A stretch of DNA of 64,000 nt from Octopus sinensis (Eukaryota): contig NC_043005.1 of NCBI RefSeq assembly GCF_006345805.1, positions 72,664,001-72,728,000 on the forward strand. The letters are read 5' to 3'. The translations under genes and the position numbers were made by a program. Under the pieces are notes generated by a model. That model was not told the origin of the DNA and ran no database searches. It saw only the letters and a list, made by a program, of their open reading frames with translations. Positions 53,601-64,000 of the stretch are shown in pieces. The first letter of the stretch is position 1; each line of letters opens with the position of its first letter.

Positions 53601-56600
53601 GCAGTTATGACTAAACAAACCTGCAGGTCTATCAACAGATTTGTTGATTTTGGTGGTGTTTAGGGATAATAAAAGCATGTTGATTTGTCAAATATGTTAA
53701 GGAGAGAAATATACGAAGCAGTGTAAATTTGTTAACAGTTAAAGAGAGAAAGAAGGTGTATTGATTCTCTATGTTGATATGTTGAATGTTGATGTTAAAT
53801 ATTAAATAAACAAATGGAATTATGTTAAGGGAAAGCTATTAAACAAATATCAAATGTTTAAAGGCGAAATATTAAGCCAAGTTAAATGTTAAAAGATGAA
53901 AAGTAAACAATTGTCATATATTAAAGGGAATATATTATAAAACGAAAATTAAAGAGACATGTGTAAACAATGTAAAAATGTTGAAGATCATTATAAAATA
54001 GTGTAGAGAAGTCAAAAAATAAAAATTCAATTATTGCAGATTAAGAGATGATTATTTCTCTCCATGTGAAAATATGGTGACTGCTGCTGATAGATGTATG
54101 TAGTAGAGTACGTGTTTATGTGCATTTGGCTGTCTTTGTATATGCTTACATATACATACAAGTTTATGTGGGTTCCATGTGATATTATGTTTCCATGATG
54201 AACGATATAAATTTATATATGTAGTATATACTCTCTATGTATCCTTTACAGTTGTTTGTGTGTGTGTACATAAATGTGCATGTATGTGTGAGAGAGTATA
54301 TAAATATATATATAAACTGTGTATATGTACATATATATGTACCAAATGTATACTTTGTCACTCAAAATACATGTAAGCATATATATGCACCAATATGCAA
54401 ATATAAATTGTAAATACAAATGTGTACTGGTATATATATGAACAAACATAATTATCTATATCAACATGTCCTGACTATGTAGGTTATACATACATGTATG
54501 TACACACATTCATCTGCATCTTTTGTATGTATATCTACATACACATTAATAGAAGTATCATTTGCTCATGCATCTGTCTCAAAACACACACACATACACA
54601 CATATACATATACACATACATATCCCATGTATTAGCTTGCTAACAAGAGTGGCTCTTGTATTTTTCAATATTTTTTACACTCAGTGACCTTATTATTAAG
54701 TGCTATATGTACCTAAAAGACTGGCCACTGATATGCATATAGATTTTGACAAAATCTATTATGACATCCATCTCAATCATTATCTCAGTAATTTTGACTG
54801 GAAACCAAAATACTTCTAAAATCTTCACATTTCATGGCAAATTTGGAAAGGTTTTGCTATGTCTTTGTATAGTATATACCTATGATTGAGCTAATAAAAT
54901 CCACTTGAATACAGTTTTTTTAAAACAGGTCTCAAATAAATCCATCATTATTTTAACGTCTCAAAATAGAAACTCCATAAACCAAAATTAATTAAACTTT
55001 AATCTCAGAAATTTCTTTCAAAAAAATAAAAATAAAAAATAAAAAAATTAAAAAGTAAAAAATAAAAACAAAAAAATTTATAAGATGGTAAAGAGAGAAA
55101 ATGAAATACTTGTTTTTTTTTGGTTCTTTTTTTTTTGCTGCTGATTTTATGGAACTAATTTTAGATTCCAAATATATTGGCAAATCTGAAAAACTAATTA
55201 ATTCCTGTCCCTTATTGTTTTAATTTTAAAAGAGGATTAAACAAAAATAAATTTTGCAAAAGGGGTCTAAAATTTGAATCCAAATGTTTTCCATAATTAA
55301 GTAAAAAAAAAAAGAAGAAAATTAAATAAATAAATGAACTAACATTAATTAAAACTAATAAAACAAACTGAAGTTTTGCACTAGATGTATATAGTGTCTT
55401 TGAGCTAGCACTGTTGTTGGGTGTATGACTGTCAGCAATAATTTCAATGTTTCTTTATGTATATGGAAGTGTTATAGCCAAGACAGCTTATTAATCATAA
55501 ACTGAAGGCATTTCTAAAAATTCACTTTCATGCAGGTTTCCTATAAAAAGGGAAGAGAAGAGGGGTGAAAATAGATAACTTTTAAATGTATAAATTAATA
55601 GTTTAAATATTAGCTGTCTTTAATAAATAAACATTTTAAACAATATATTAATATATCACACTAGGAAAACAGTGAAGGTGAGAAGTTAAGTTTCTCTTGA
55701 GCTGAGTCTATCATCAGTTTTTCAATTCCCAGTTATAGATACTTTCATTTCTATCACATACACTATGGCTCTTGGGATAGACATGAACAGCAACCATTTT
55801 ATTAACATTTTTGTAAATTAATAATGACAATAATAATAATAATAATTATAATAATAATAATAATAATAAATAATTATAGTATTAATGACAAATAATAATA
55901 TTCCTATCTCTTTCATTCCTTGCTTCAACTACATAAAATGTAGATTAAGTATGTCATCACTTGGCTATTTAGCAAAATGCATGAGCTTATTATTAAGCCA
56001 TTCATTATAAGTTTATAGATATTCTTTAAACGGAAGAGTTTAAATTACATAATGAGCAAATACCATATTCTTTACACTACCCCGTTTCTTTCTTCCATAA
56101 TCAAAGTGTAGGAATTATGGTAAATTTAAATGTGTTAACGACTTTTTTTTTTTGTAATTTTTAATTAAAAGCAACTCCATGAAGGAAAATGTACTTGGTG
56201 TGTTCTCACTTTATTCTTTCTGTTCTTTTTTTTTTTTGCTCTTTTATTCTGGAACGTTTCCAAAGAATACTGAAAACAAGTAAAGTGACTAACATTTCCA
56301 ATTGTTACATTATATTACAAGACTATACCAATCTAACAAGGTGAATTAAATATCATCATCACACATTTGCTGTTCTGTGTAATTTTAACACGTTAAAGTT
56401 TGAGCCATTTATTTTCAAAATCCATCTCATATTATTAATACATAATCTAGCTTCTATCAACTCTCATTAAATTGCCACTTCTACTTTTGCATAAGCCATT
56501 TATAAGGCATGTGAAATATTGCCTCATTACAATAGCAATAGATTTATCTATAACGTTGTCATCTTTTGTTGAGCTTTCTTCATTTCATTAGAATGGAATG

Positions 56601-57830
56601 ATAAGAATAGTAATGATTTCAATGACAAATTCTATAGAACAAGCTGTAATTACCCAGTAAGCTCAGCCTGCTTTTCATCTTAGCAAAGGTATGAATTTCG
56701 TATCTTCTTAATTCTCTTGTTCATCATAATAATACAAGAATTCTATGTCTAATCAAAAATTGTAATGAATTTCATGATTGTTTGTTTGTTAACTTCTATT
56801 GCTAATTTTTTTTTTTCCATAGGAAAGAATTAGGAATGAATTGTTTATCATCAGTATATCTCAAGTAATTAGTTTATTAACCACTTGTATGGTAAACAGC
56901 TAATTTGATATTGACTGAGTTAGAATATAACACTTTGAAAGTCTCAACTAAGGTTTCATCGGCTGTTTAGTGTTACACTCAAGATGAGCTGTAATCCAAT
57001 CAGCCTAATATACAATTATTACTACTACTATTCCTCCTCCTCCTCCTCCTCCTCCTACTACTACTACTACTGTAATGATGCAATAAAAGTGACACCTATA
57101 CTGTTATATCACATACTTTTTTCTCAAGCTTAGAAAATTCAAACTATCCCATTGATTTTCTTCCGGTTTGGAGTTATGTAATCTGTTTTCATTTTTTAAC
57201 ATAAGAGACTTAAAAATGACAGGTTATTGTGTAATTAATTTTATCAAAAGCAACGATTAAAATCAGAAAGTGATGACATACTTATGATCATTGAATGTAG
57301 GCTATGACGTCTCATACTACTTGCATTTAAGCAATATTTGTATGAAGATATGCTGCAGACAAACTAACCCAGAATTATATAAATACATATATGTATGTGT
57401 GTGTGTGCATTCATACATGTATATATGTATATATCTAGCACTCTCTTTTATATGTGAGATAGAGCTAGATAGATACATGCACACATGCATGAATGCATAC
57501 ACACATACATGCATATGCACACTAGTGTTATATATATATATGCACACACTCACGCACATGTGTGTGTATGTACTTATATATATATGTGTGTGTGTGTATG
57601 TATGTATGTACATGAGCATGTGTATATGTATATGGGTGTGTGAAAATGTATTATCAATTAGGTTTCTATATCTTTATAGGATGGAGAATGGCAAGAATTA
57701 GAAGTTGCAGAATTCATGTTTATTCCAAGAGTCTAAATGCTATAAATGAAATAAGAGGTATTACTAACTCAGGAATAGAAGCCTCATGGTCAATTTGATT
57801 TAGCATCATACTACAATTTAAAATGCTTTC

Positions 57831-57865
<35 letters not shown>

Positions 57866-58879
57866 TCAGTAATAATAATGATTATAGTAATAAAGTAATT
57901 ACAGTTATTATAAATAATAGTAATAAATTAATTGTAATAATAATGATGATGATAATGATAGTTATAGGAAAAGCTAAAATGTAAAAATATTTTTTAAAAT
58001 ATAACAATTGAATATCAAAGATGCAAGAAATTTTGGACTTAGCGCTGATTGGCTGAAATTGTAAACTTCCAAGAGACTGTTAGCTAACAGCAGTGTTGGA
58101 GAAAAATTCCACAATGTATATATAGTATTACCTTTGATACTTTCAAATATCAGGCTCCCAGCCTTGGTAAAAAATAATGGTCATTTAATTTCTAAGAACT
58201 AACATATAATGAAACAAGAATATGCAAACATTCACATTCGTACACACATACAGGCGTATATGTCCCATACATAAACACAAAGGCAGTCATTTTTTTTTTC
58301 TCATTAGAAGTAAAAAAATTGAAAAACCATCTAAGAAATACATCTGTAGCTGACATTTATTAAATTAATTAGTAGGGCTTAGAGCAAATATAATACCCCC
58401 ACAACAACAATAAAAATAATAATAATAATTTATTTGATTATGGAAAAATGGTAAAAAAAATATGAAACAAAAATAAGAAAAAAAAAATAACCATAATTAG
58501 CATAAATGTAAAAATTCCTGACATGAAAACACAAAATAATTTTTAATTAATAATTTATATTTTTTTTTAAATTTGTGTTGATTTTGTAAAGAATTTTCTG
58601 TTTTGAGTCTAATTTTTTTTTCTCTTTTTAATTTTTTTTTTCAATGTTCTTTTACATCTGATCAGATCATGTACAAAGAAAACAAGAATTAACCATAGTC
58701 TTTTGTCACTGTAACTATCATGTGAGGATTTTTCTTCTTTCCCCCTTCCCCGACTGAAGATTTTTTTTTACCCTCTTCTTTTCTTTGGGTAAGTCTGAAG
58801 ACAGGACACATTTCCACCATTAGTATGTAGCATCCAGTTTATATATATAACTTACAATAACAAATGCAAACACAAACAT

Positions 58880-59052
58880 GAATATATATACACTCACATA
58901 CACACATACATATGTATATATTCATGAATATATATTTATATATATATGTTTACATACATATATATATATATATACATATATACATATGTGTATATATATA
59001 TATATATATACATTATATATATATATACATATATGTATATATATATATACAC

Positions 59053-59099
<47 letters not shown>

Positions 59100-59125
59100 A
59101 TACATATATGTATATATATATACAC

Positions 59126-59173
<48 letters not shown>

Positions 59174-59220
59174 CATATATGTATATATATATATACACAC
59201 ATATAGACTCACACTTGCAT

Positions 59221-59260
<40 letters not shown>
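58880..59260. repeat. Long degenerate (TA)n microsatellite
   Basis: Directly visible; similar blocks at 40608-40820, 61030-61218, 62192-62310 and 62497-62865. Confidence 0.95.
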
Positions 59261-59831
59261 GTACCAACATAGTTTCAACAACATTAACAAAATAATGATT
59301 TTTGGTTTGAAATTAAGGATTAAAGTTTGTTTTTATAGTTTCTTTCTTTCCACAGTCCATTCTCATTTATAAACATTTTAAGGAAATAAATTAAAATCAA
59401 AAAATAAAATTACACCAAGTTTAAAAAAAAAAGTTATATATAAATAAAGAAAGAAAAAATAAAGAAAACTTCAGATTTTTCTAGCCCTAATTGTAACAAT
59501 GTTGCATTTTGCACCTCCACACATTTTGAAATAAATGTCTGATTGCAATATTTACATTCTGGGTTGCATTGTCTCTTTGTTTATCTTCTTTTATCCTTTT
59601 ATCTTTTGTCGTTTATCCATATTGTGTGATATGAGTGTGATAGTATGTCATACCAAGAGATTATTTGTTTTTTAAGTTAAGTTGTTCAACCAGCCTCTTT
59701 TCTGTTTTGTGATGATCTTTGTTGTTTGATATTGTGGAAAATTTCACTGAGCTAATCTCTACCTGTCTGTCTCCCCGTTTTTCACTGTCTGTTTCTGTCT
59801 GTCTCTCTGTTTACCTATATATCTATCTCTC

Positions 59832-59862
<31 letters not shown>

Positions 59863-60019
59863 CTACCTTTTTTTCTCTTTTTATGATCCCTTTTGATCAA
59901 AAACCTACCCCCATTTTTATTTTTATTTCTGTTTCTTTTTTTTTCTCCCCAAAAAGAAAAGCTCTACTTTGTAATTTGTCCCTTCTGTGTTCAGCCCTGT
60001 GTGGCTAATAAAGAAACAT

Positions 60020-60026
60020 ATCTATC

Positions 60027-60101
<75 letters not shown>

Positions 60102-60545
60102 ATCTATCTATCTATCTATCTATTTGTCTGTCTGTCTGTCTATCTATCTCTCCCCCTTTAGCTCTTCCATTCTTACTCTTCCCTCCATCTCCCACACTCT
60201 CCCGTTCTCTTCTCTCTTATTCCCCTCTCTCTCAGTCCCTCCCTTCCCCCTCATAGTACCCTAATACCCTCTCTCCTCTCTCACTCCCCGTTCCTTCACT
60301 TTTCTCCACATTTGATCTCATCACCCTCTGCCTAATCCCCTTCTCTCTCTTCCCTCTCAATCTTTCTCTTTCTCACTCTCTCTCATCCCCTTTCTCTCTT
60401 TTTCTCCCTCTCCTCTCCTCCCTTTCCTTTGCCCACTTTTACCCTCTCTCTCTCTCTTCTTGTTCTTATCTCTCTCCTCTTTCTTCCCTCTCTCCTCTCT
60501 CTCTCTCTCTCTCCCACCTATCATTCTCTCTTATACTTCTTTCTA
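60020..60545 (+). repeat. (TCTA)n followed by a ~400-bp polypyrimidine (CT-rich) tract
   Basis: Directly visible; preceded by a family C 3' end (59975-60017). Confidence 0.9.
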
Positions 60546-61030
60546 TTATAATGTGATTTGATTATGAAAACCTGGTCTCATATCTAATGTTCCAAAACTG
60601 ACCAAAATGATTGGCAACTCTGATCTACAAAGGAGAACCGGAGTAATATTCACACCCTTCCCTCCATCGACACACAATCCCATGACAGAAAAACAATTAC
60701 AGACTTACTGAGCTGATGTATAAACATGTTACTGTAAGAGCTAATATTGTCACGAGAAGAATGTTAATACATTGGTACAAACACCGATATCACTTTTATC
60801 TTCTACATGTCTCAATCAATAGAATGTGGCCATGCTGGGGCACTGCCTTGAAAAGTTTAGTCGTACAAATTGTCCCCAGAATTTATTTCGGAAGTCTGAA
60901 TCTTATTCTACTGGTCTCTGATGCCAAACTGTTATGATACAGCGATTTAAACAAACCAATACTTGAAGTCAAAATATTGCTTCAAACACAAACACACAGA
61001 CACACACATGCATACACAGACACAAATATT

Positions 61031-61079
<49 letters not shown>

Positions 61080-61218
61080 TATATATATGTATATATATAT
61101 TATATATATATATGTATATATATGTATATATGTATATATATATATGTATGTATATATGTATAAATATATATATGTATATGTATATATATGTATGTATATA
61201 TGTATGTATATATATATA

Positions 61219-61569
61219 TCATCATCATCATCATCATGATCGTTTAACGTCCGCTTTCCATGCTAGCATGGGTTGGACGGTTCAACTGGGGTCTGGCAAG
61301 CCCGAAGGCTGCCCCAGGCCAGTCAGATCTGGCAGTGTTTCTACAGCTGGATGCCCTTCCTAACGCCAACCACTCCGAGAGTGTAGTGGGTGATTTTATG
61401 TGCCACCGACACAGGTGCCAGTCAAGGCTGGCAGACGGCCACGCTCGGATGGTGTTTTTTATGTGCCACCGACACAGGTGCCAGACGAGGCTGGCAGACG
61501 GCCTCGCTCGAATATGGTGTTTTCTTATGTGCCACCGACACAGGTTCCAGACGAGGCTGGCGAACGGCT
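61219..61569 (-). mobile_element. SINE-like family B, young copy with three tandem units
   Basis: (CAT)n tail on +, cgtttaacgtccgctttccatgctagcatggg, ctacagctggatgcccttcctaacgccaaccactccga, 3x tatgtgccaccgacacaggt..cag..gaggctggc. Confidence 0.9.
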
Positions 61570-62191
61570 ATTCTATTTCGTCAAAGGCTTCGAGTAGTAT
61601 GTCTCTAAATCTCTGCCCATTTGCAGGATCTTTAAGCTTCCAGACCCTTCTCCTCCAAGCAGGTCTTCTTCTGGGCAACCATTTAGCTCTGATCCTGAAG
61701 TTGCTAACTACTAATCTATGTTGAGGAGTGCATTCTTCGCCTGGAAAGGTTTTGGCATTTATAATCAGCCCCCTTTCCCTTTTTCTGGCAAGGATGTAGT
61801 CAATCTGGCTGGTGTGTCTGCCAGAACGGTAGGTGACTAGGTGAGAGGTGGGTTTCCTGAAGTTGGTATTGCAGACCATAAGGTCATTTGCATCACAGAA
61901 CTCCAGCAGCCTGGTTCCCTCCTCATTACGAGAGCCGAAACCGTAGCCTCCATGGACGCCATGGAAGCCCCCGACATGCCGTCCGACATGTCCATTGAAA
62001 TCACCTGCCACGAAGAGAAGGTCACTGTCATTTGTCAACGAGGTAGTTCGCAATAGGGTGTCATAGAATTGGTCATTTTGTCCTTGCGGTAGCCCTGGTT
62101 GAGGGGCATATGCCGAGATGATGGTAGCTGTCCTGTGGTGAAGGACTAATCTAATTTTAATTACTCTGTCACTTACTCTGACTACCTCGAT
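61570..62191 (-). mobile_element. RTE LINE AP-endonuclease fragment, open frame of ~207 codons
   Basis: [15 protein letters not shown]...ISAYAPQ...FY...GDFNGHVG...[20 protein letters not shown]...NTNFRK...TY.SG...QIDYIL...QHRLVV: APE endonuclease motifs of RTE ORF; no internal stops. Confidence 0.95.
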
Positions 62192-62224
<33 letters not shown>

Positions 62225-62310
62225 ATATATATATGTATATATATATATGTATATGTATATATATATGTATATATATACATATGTATATATATATATGTAT
62301 GTATATATAT

Positions 62311-62492
62311 CATCATCATCATCATCGTCGTTTAACGTCCGTTCTCCATGCTAGCATGGGTTGGACGGTTCGACCGGGGTTCTGGGAAGCCAGAAGGCTG
62401 CACCAGGCTCCAGTCTAATTTGGCAATGTTTCTACAGCTGGATGCCCTTCCTAACGCCAACCACTCCGTGAGTGTAGTGGGTGCTTTTTACG

Positions 62493-62496
<4 letters not shown>
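62311..62496 (-). mobile_element. SINE-like family B, 5'-truncated, inside (TA)n
   Basis: (CAT)n tail and gatgcccttcctaacgccaacc core. Confidence 0.85.
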
Positions 62497-62548
<52 letters not shown>

Positions 62549-62620
62549 GTATGTATATATATATGTATGTATATAATATATATATATGTATATATATATA
62601 TATGTATATATATATGTATG

Positions 62621-62658
<38 letters not shown>

Positions 62659-62818
62659 ATATATATATATATATGTATGTATATACATATATATATATGT
62701 ATATATGTATATATATAAATGTATATATATATATATATATGTAATATATATATGTATATATATATATATGTTATATGTAATATATATATATGTATATATA
62801 TATGTATATATATATATG

Positions 62819-62865
<47 letters not shown>

Positions 62866-62868
<3 letters not shown>

Positions 62869-63580
62869 CTTCCGGAAGAAAAGTTCTGCAGTAGGTCTCA
62901 AGATGAACCGCATGAAAACAAAGTTCATGCGGTCAGACAACGTACCAACAGGTCGAATGGTGATCGGCAGTGATGAAATAGGGGAGGTGAGAGAATATGT
63001 CTACCTGGGACAGGAAGTAAATATGTGCCGGGATATCAAAAAGGAGATCTCACGGAAAGTAAGGGCCAGATGGAAGGCATTCAATGGCATAAGGGATGTG
63101 CTCAAGGGAAGGTTGGACAGGACCACCCACGCCAACCTCATTAACAGTGCAGTTCTGCCTGCAATGTTATATGGTAGTGAAACATTGGCTACCACAAAGA
63201 GAGAAGAGCAAAGACTGATAACGGCTCAAAGAGCCATGGAAAGGTCAATGCTTGGTATCTCATTGAGAGAGCACATAAATAGCAACATCATCAGAAAGAA
63301 GTCCGGCGTGAGAGATGTCATCGCAGAGTATACTCGCAGCAAGTGTAGATGGGCTGGACACGTCGCCCGGCTCACCGATAATTGGTGGACGCACGCAGTT
63401 GTCGAGTAGTACCCGCGTGAGCAGAAAAGACCTCCACGACGGTGGAGTGATGAGTTCAAGAGGACGATTGGGATCACGTGGATGAGAAAGGCACGATCCA
63501 GAGAGGAGTGGACAGTGTGCTGTGACCAGCGGTGTCAAATGGACGCCTAACGGACTGGTCGGTCAAAATGATCAAAGTGA
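62866..63580 (+). mobile_element. 5'-truncated RTE LINE (end of RT plus C-terminus, short 3' repeat tail) inserted in (TA)n
   Basis: [12 protein letters not shown]...EYVYLG...VLPAMLYGSET...QRAMERSMLG...WAGHVARLTDNWWT; one premature TAG (63407-63409) at an expected Trp, then YPREQKRPPRRWSD; tail tcaaaatga-tcaaagtga; TA arrays on both sides. Confidence 0.92.
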
Positions 63581-63789
63581 TATATATATATATATGTTAT
63601 ATGTATATATATATATATATATATATGTATTATATATATTATATATATAGAAAATAGTAAAAAGTGAAAAAACTACAGAAGGCTTAAATGTTAAAAAATA
63701 TATATTTGCGTCAATATGTGTGAAGAATATTAAAAAATTTTTTGAAGAATATTAAAAAAATTTTTTTCTCTTATAATGACATAATTTAG

Positions 63790-63828
63790 AAGAAAGACCG
63801 GTTTCGCGTTTAGCTTTTCAAATTTCTT
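63790..63828 (-). ncRNA. Minimal hammerhead-like motif with U3-A8 core variant in a Penelope pseudo-LTR
   Basis: Minus strand aagaaa-t-TTGAAAA-gc taaac gc-GAAA-ccgg-TC-tttctt: 6-bp stem I with one unpaired U, 2-bp stem II, palindromic stem III, GUC triplet. Adjacent to Penelope coding sequence. Confidence 0.6.
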
Positions 63829-63875
63829 GCGACGTTATGTTTATGTTGAACAGGGTTATCGTTATGTTTATGTTC

Positions 63876-64000
63876 AAAAGAAGGATATGCACAATAGTGT
63901 CAGAACAAAATACCAGGAACTTTAGACTGCAAGAACTCAAAAACACCCTAATTGACAGACATTACCCAGCTCAACTCATAGAGGATGGGATCAGACGTGC
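63876..64000 (+). mobile_element. Penelope-like element coding fragment (RT C-terminal/thumb region), runs off window
   Basis: KRRICTIVSEQNTRNFRLQELKNTLIDRHYPAQLIEDGIRR matches the PLE pattern RRICS...RL.EL...L..RGYP..LI...I.RA. Confidence 0.8.

Noticed and set aside
2938-62940. Numerous YIYI/HTHT/CVCV/IIII/LLLL ORFs in the supplied track
   Set aside because: Translations of (TA)n, (CA)n, (CATA)n and (ATT)n microsatellites that lack stops by composition.

Overview
AT-rich eukaryotic genomic DNA dense in microsatellites and repeats. The SINE and LINE families resemble those of octopod cephalopods (Octopus); this is an inference from recognition, not a database result. Only one convincing host exon is present: a phase-1, apparently terminal + strand exon (35450-35685) encoding a transmembrane helix and a short tail ending ...ISIV* (class I PDZ-type motif). 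Bases 1-35449 therefore look like part of a very large intron, and ~35.7-43 kb looks like a long TE-poor 3' UTR. The rest is several SINE families, RTE LINE fragments of at least three lineages, a Penelope-like fragment, Tc1/mariner, hAT- and piggyBac-type MITEs, Helitron pieces and a foldback element. Most interesting: (i) the exon's stop is TGA-CTA followed by 133 in-frame sense codons, and it overlaps both a possible splice donor and a small hairpin with an A·C mismatch, making it a readthrough, editing or splicing switch candidate; (ii) three minimal hammerhead-ribozyme-like motifs, two with compensatory U3-A8 or A3-U8 cores; (iii) a LINE-endonuclease/SINE chimeric retrocopy; (iv) multi-level TE nesting inside SINE-internal TA microsatellites. 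Nearly all ORFs in the supplied track are microsatellite artefacts. Repeat boundaries are approximate unless TSDs or TIRs are quoted.
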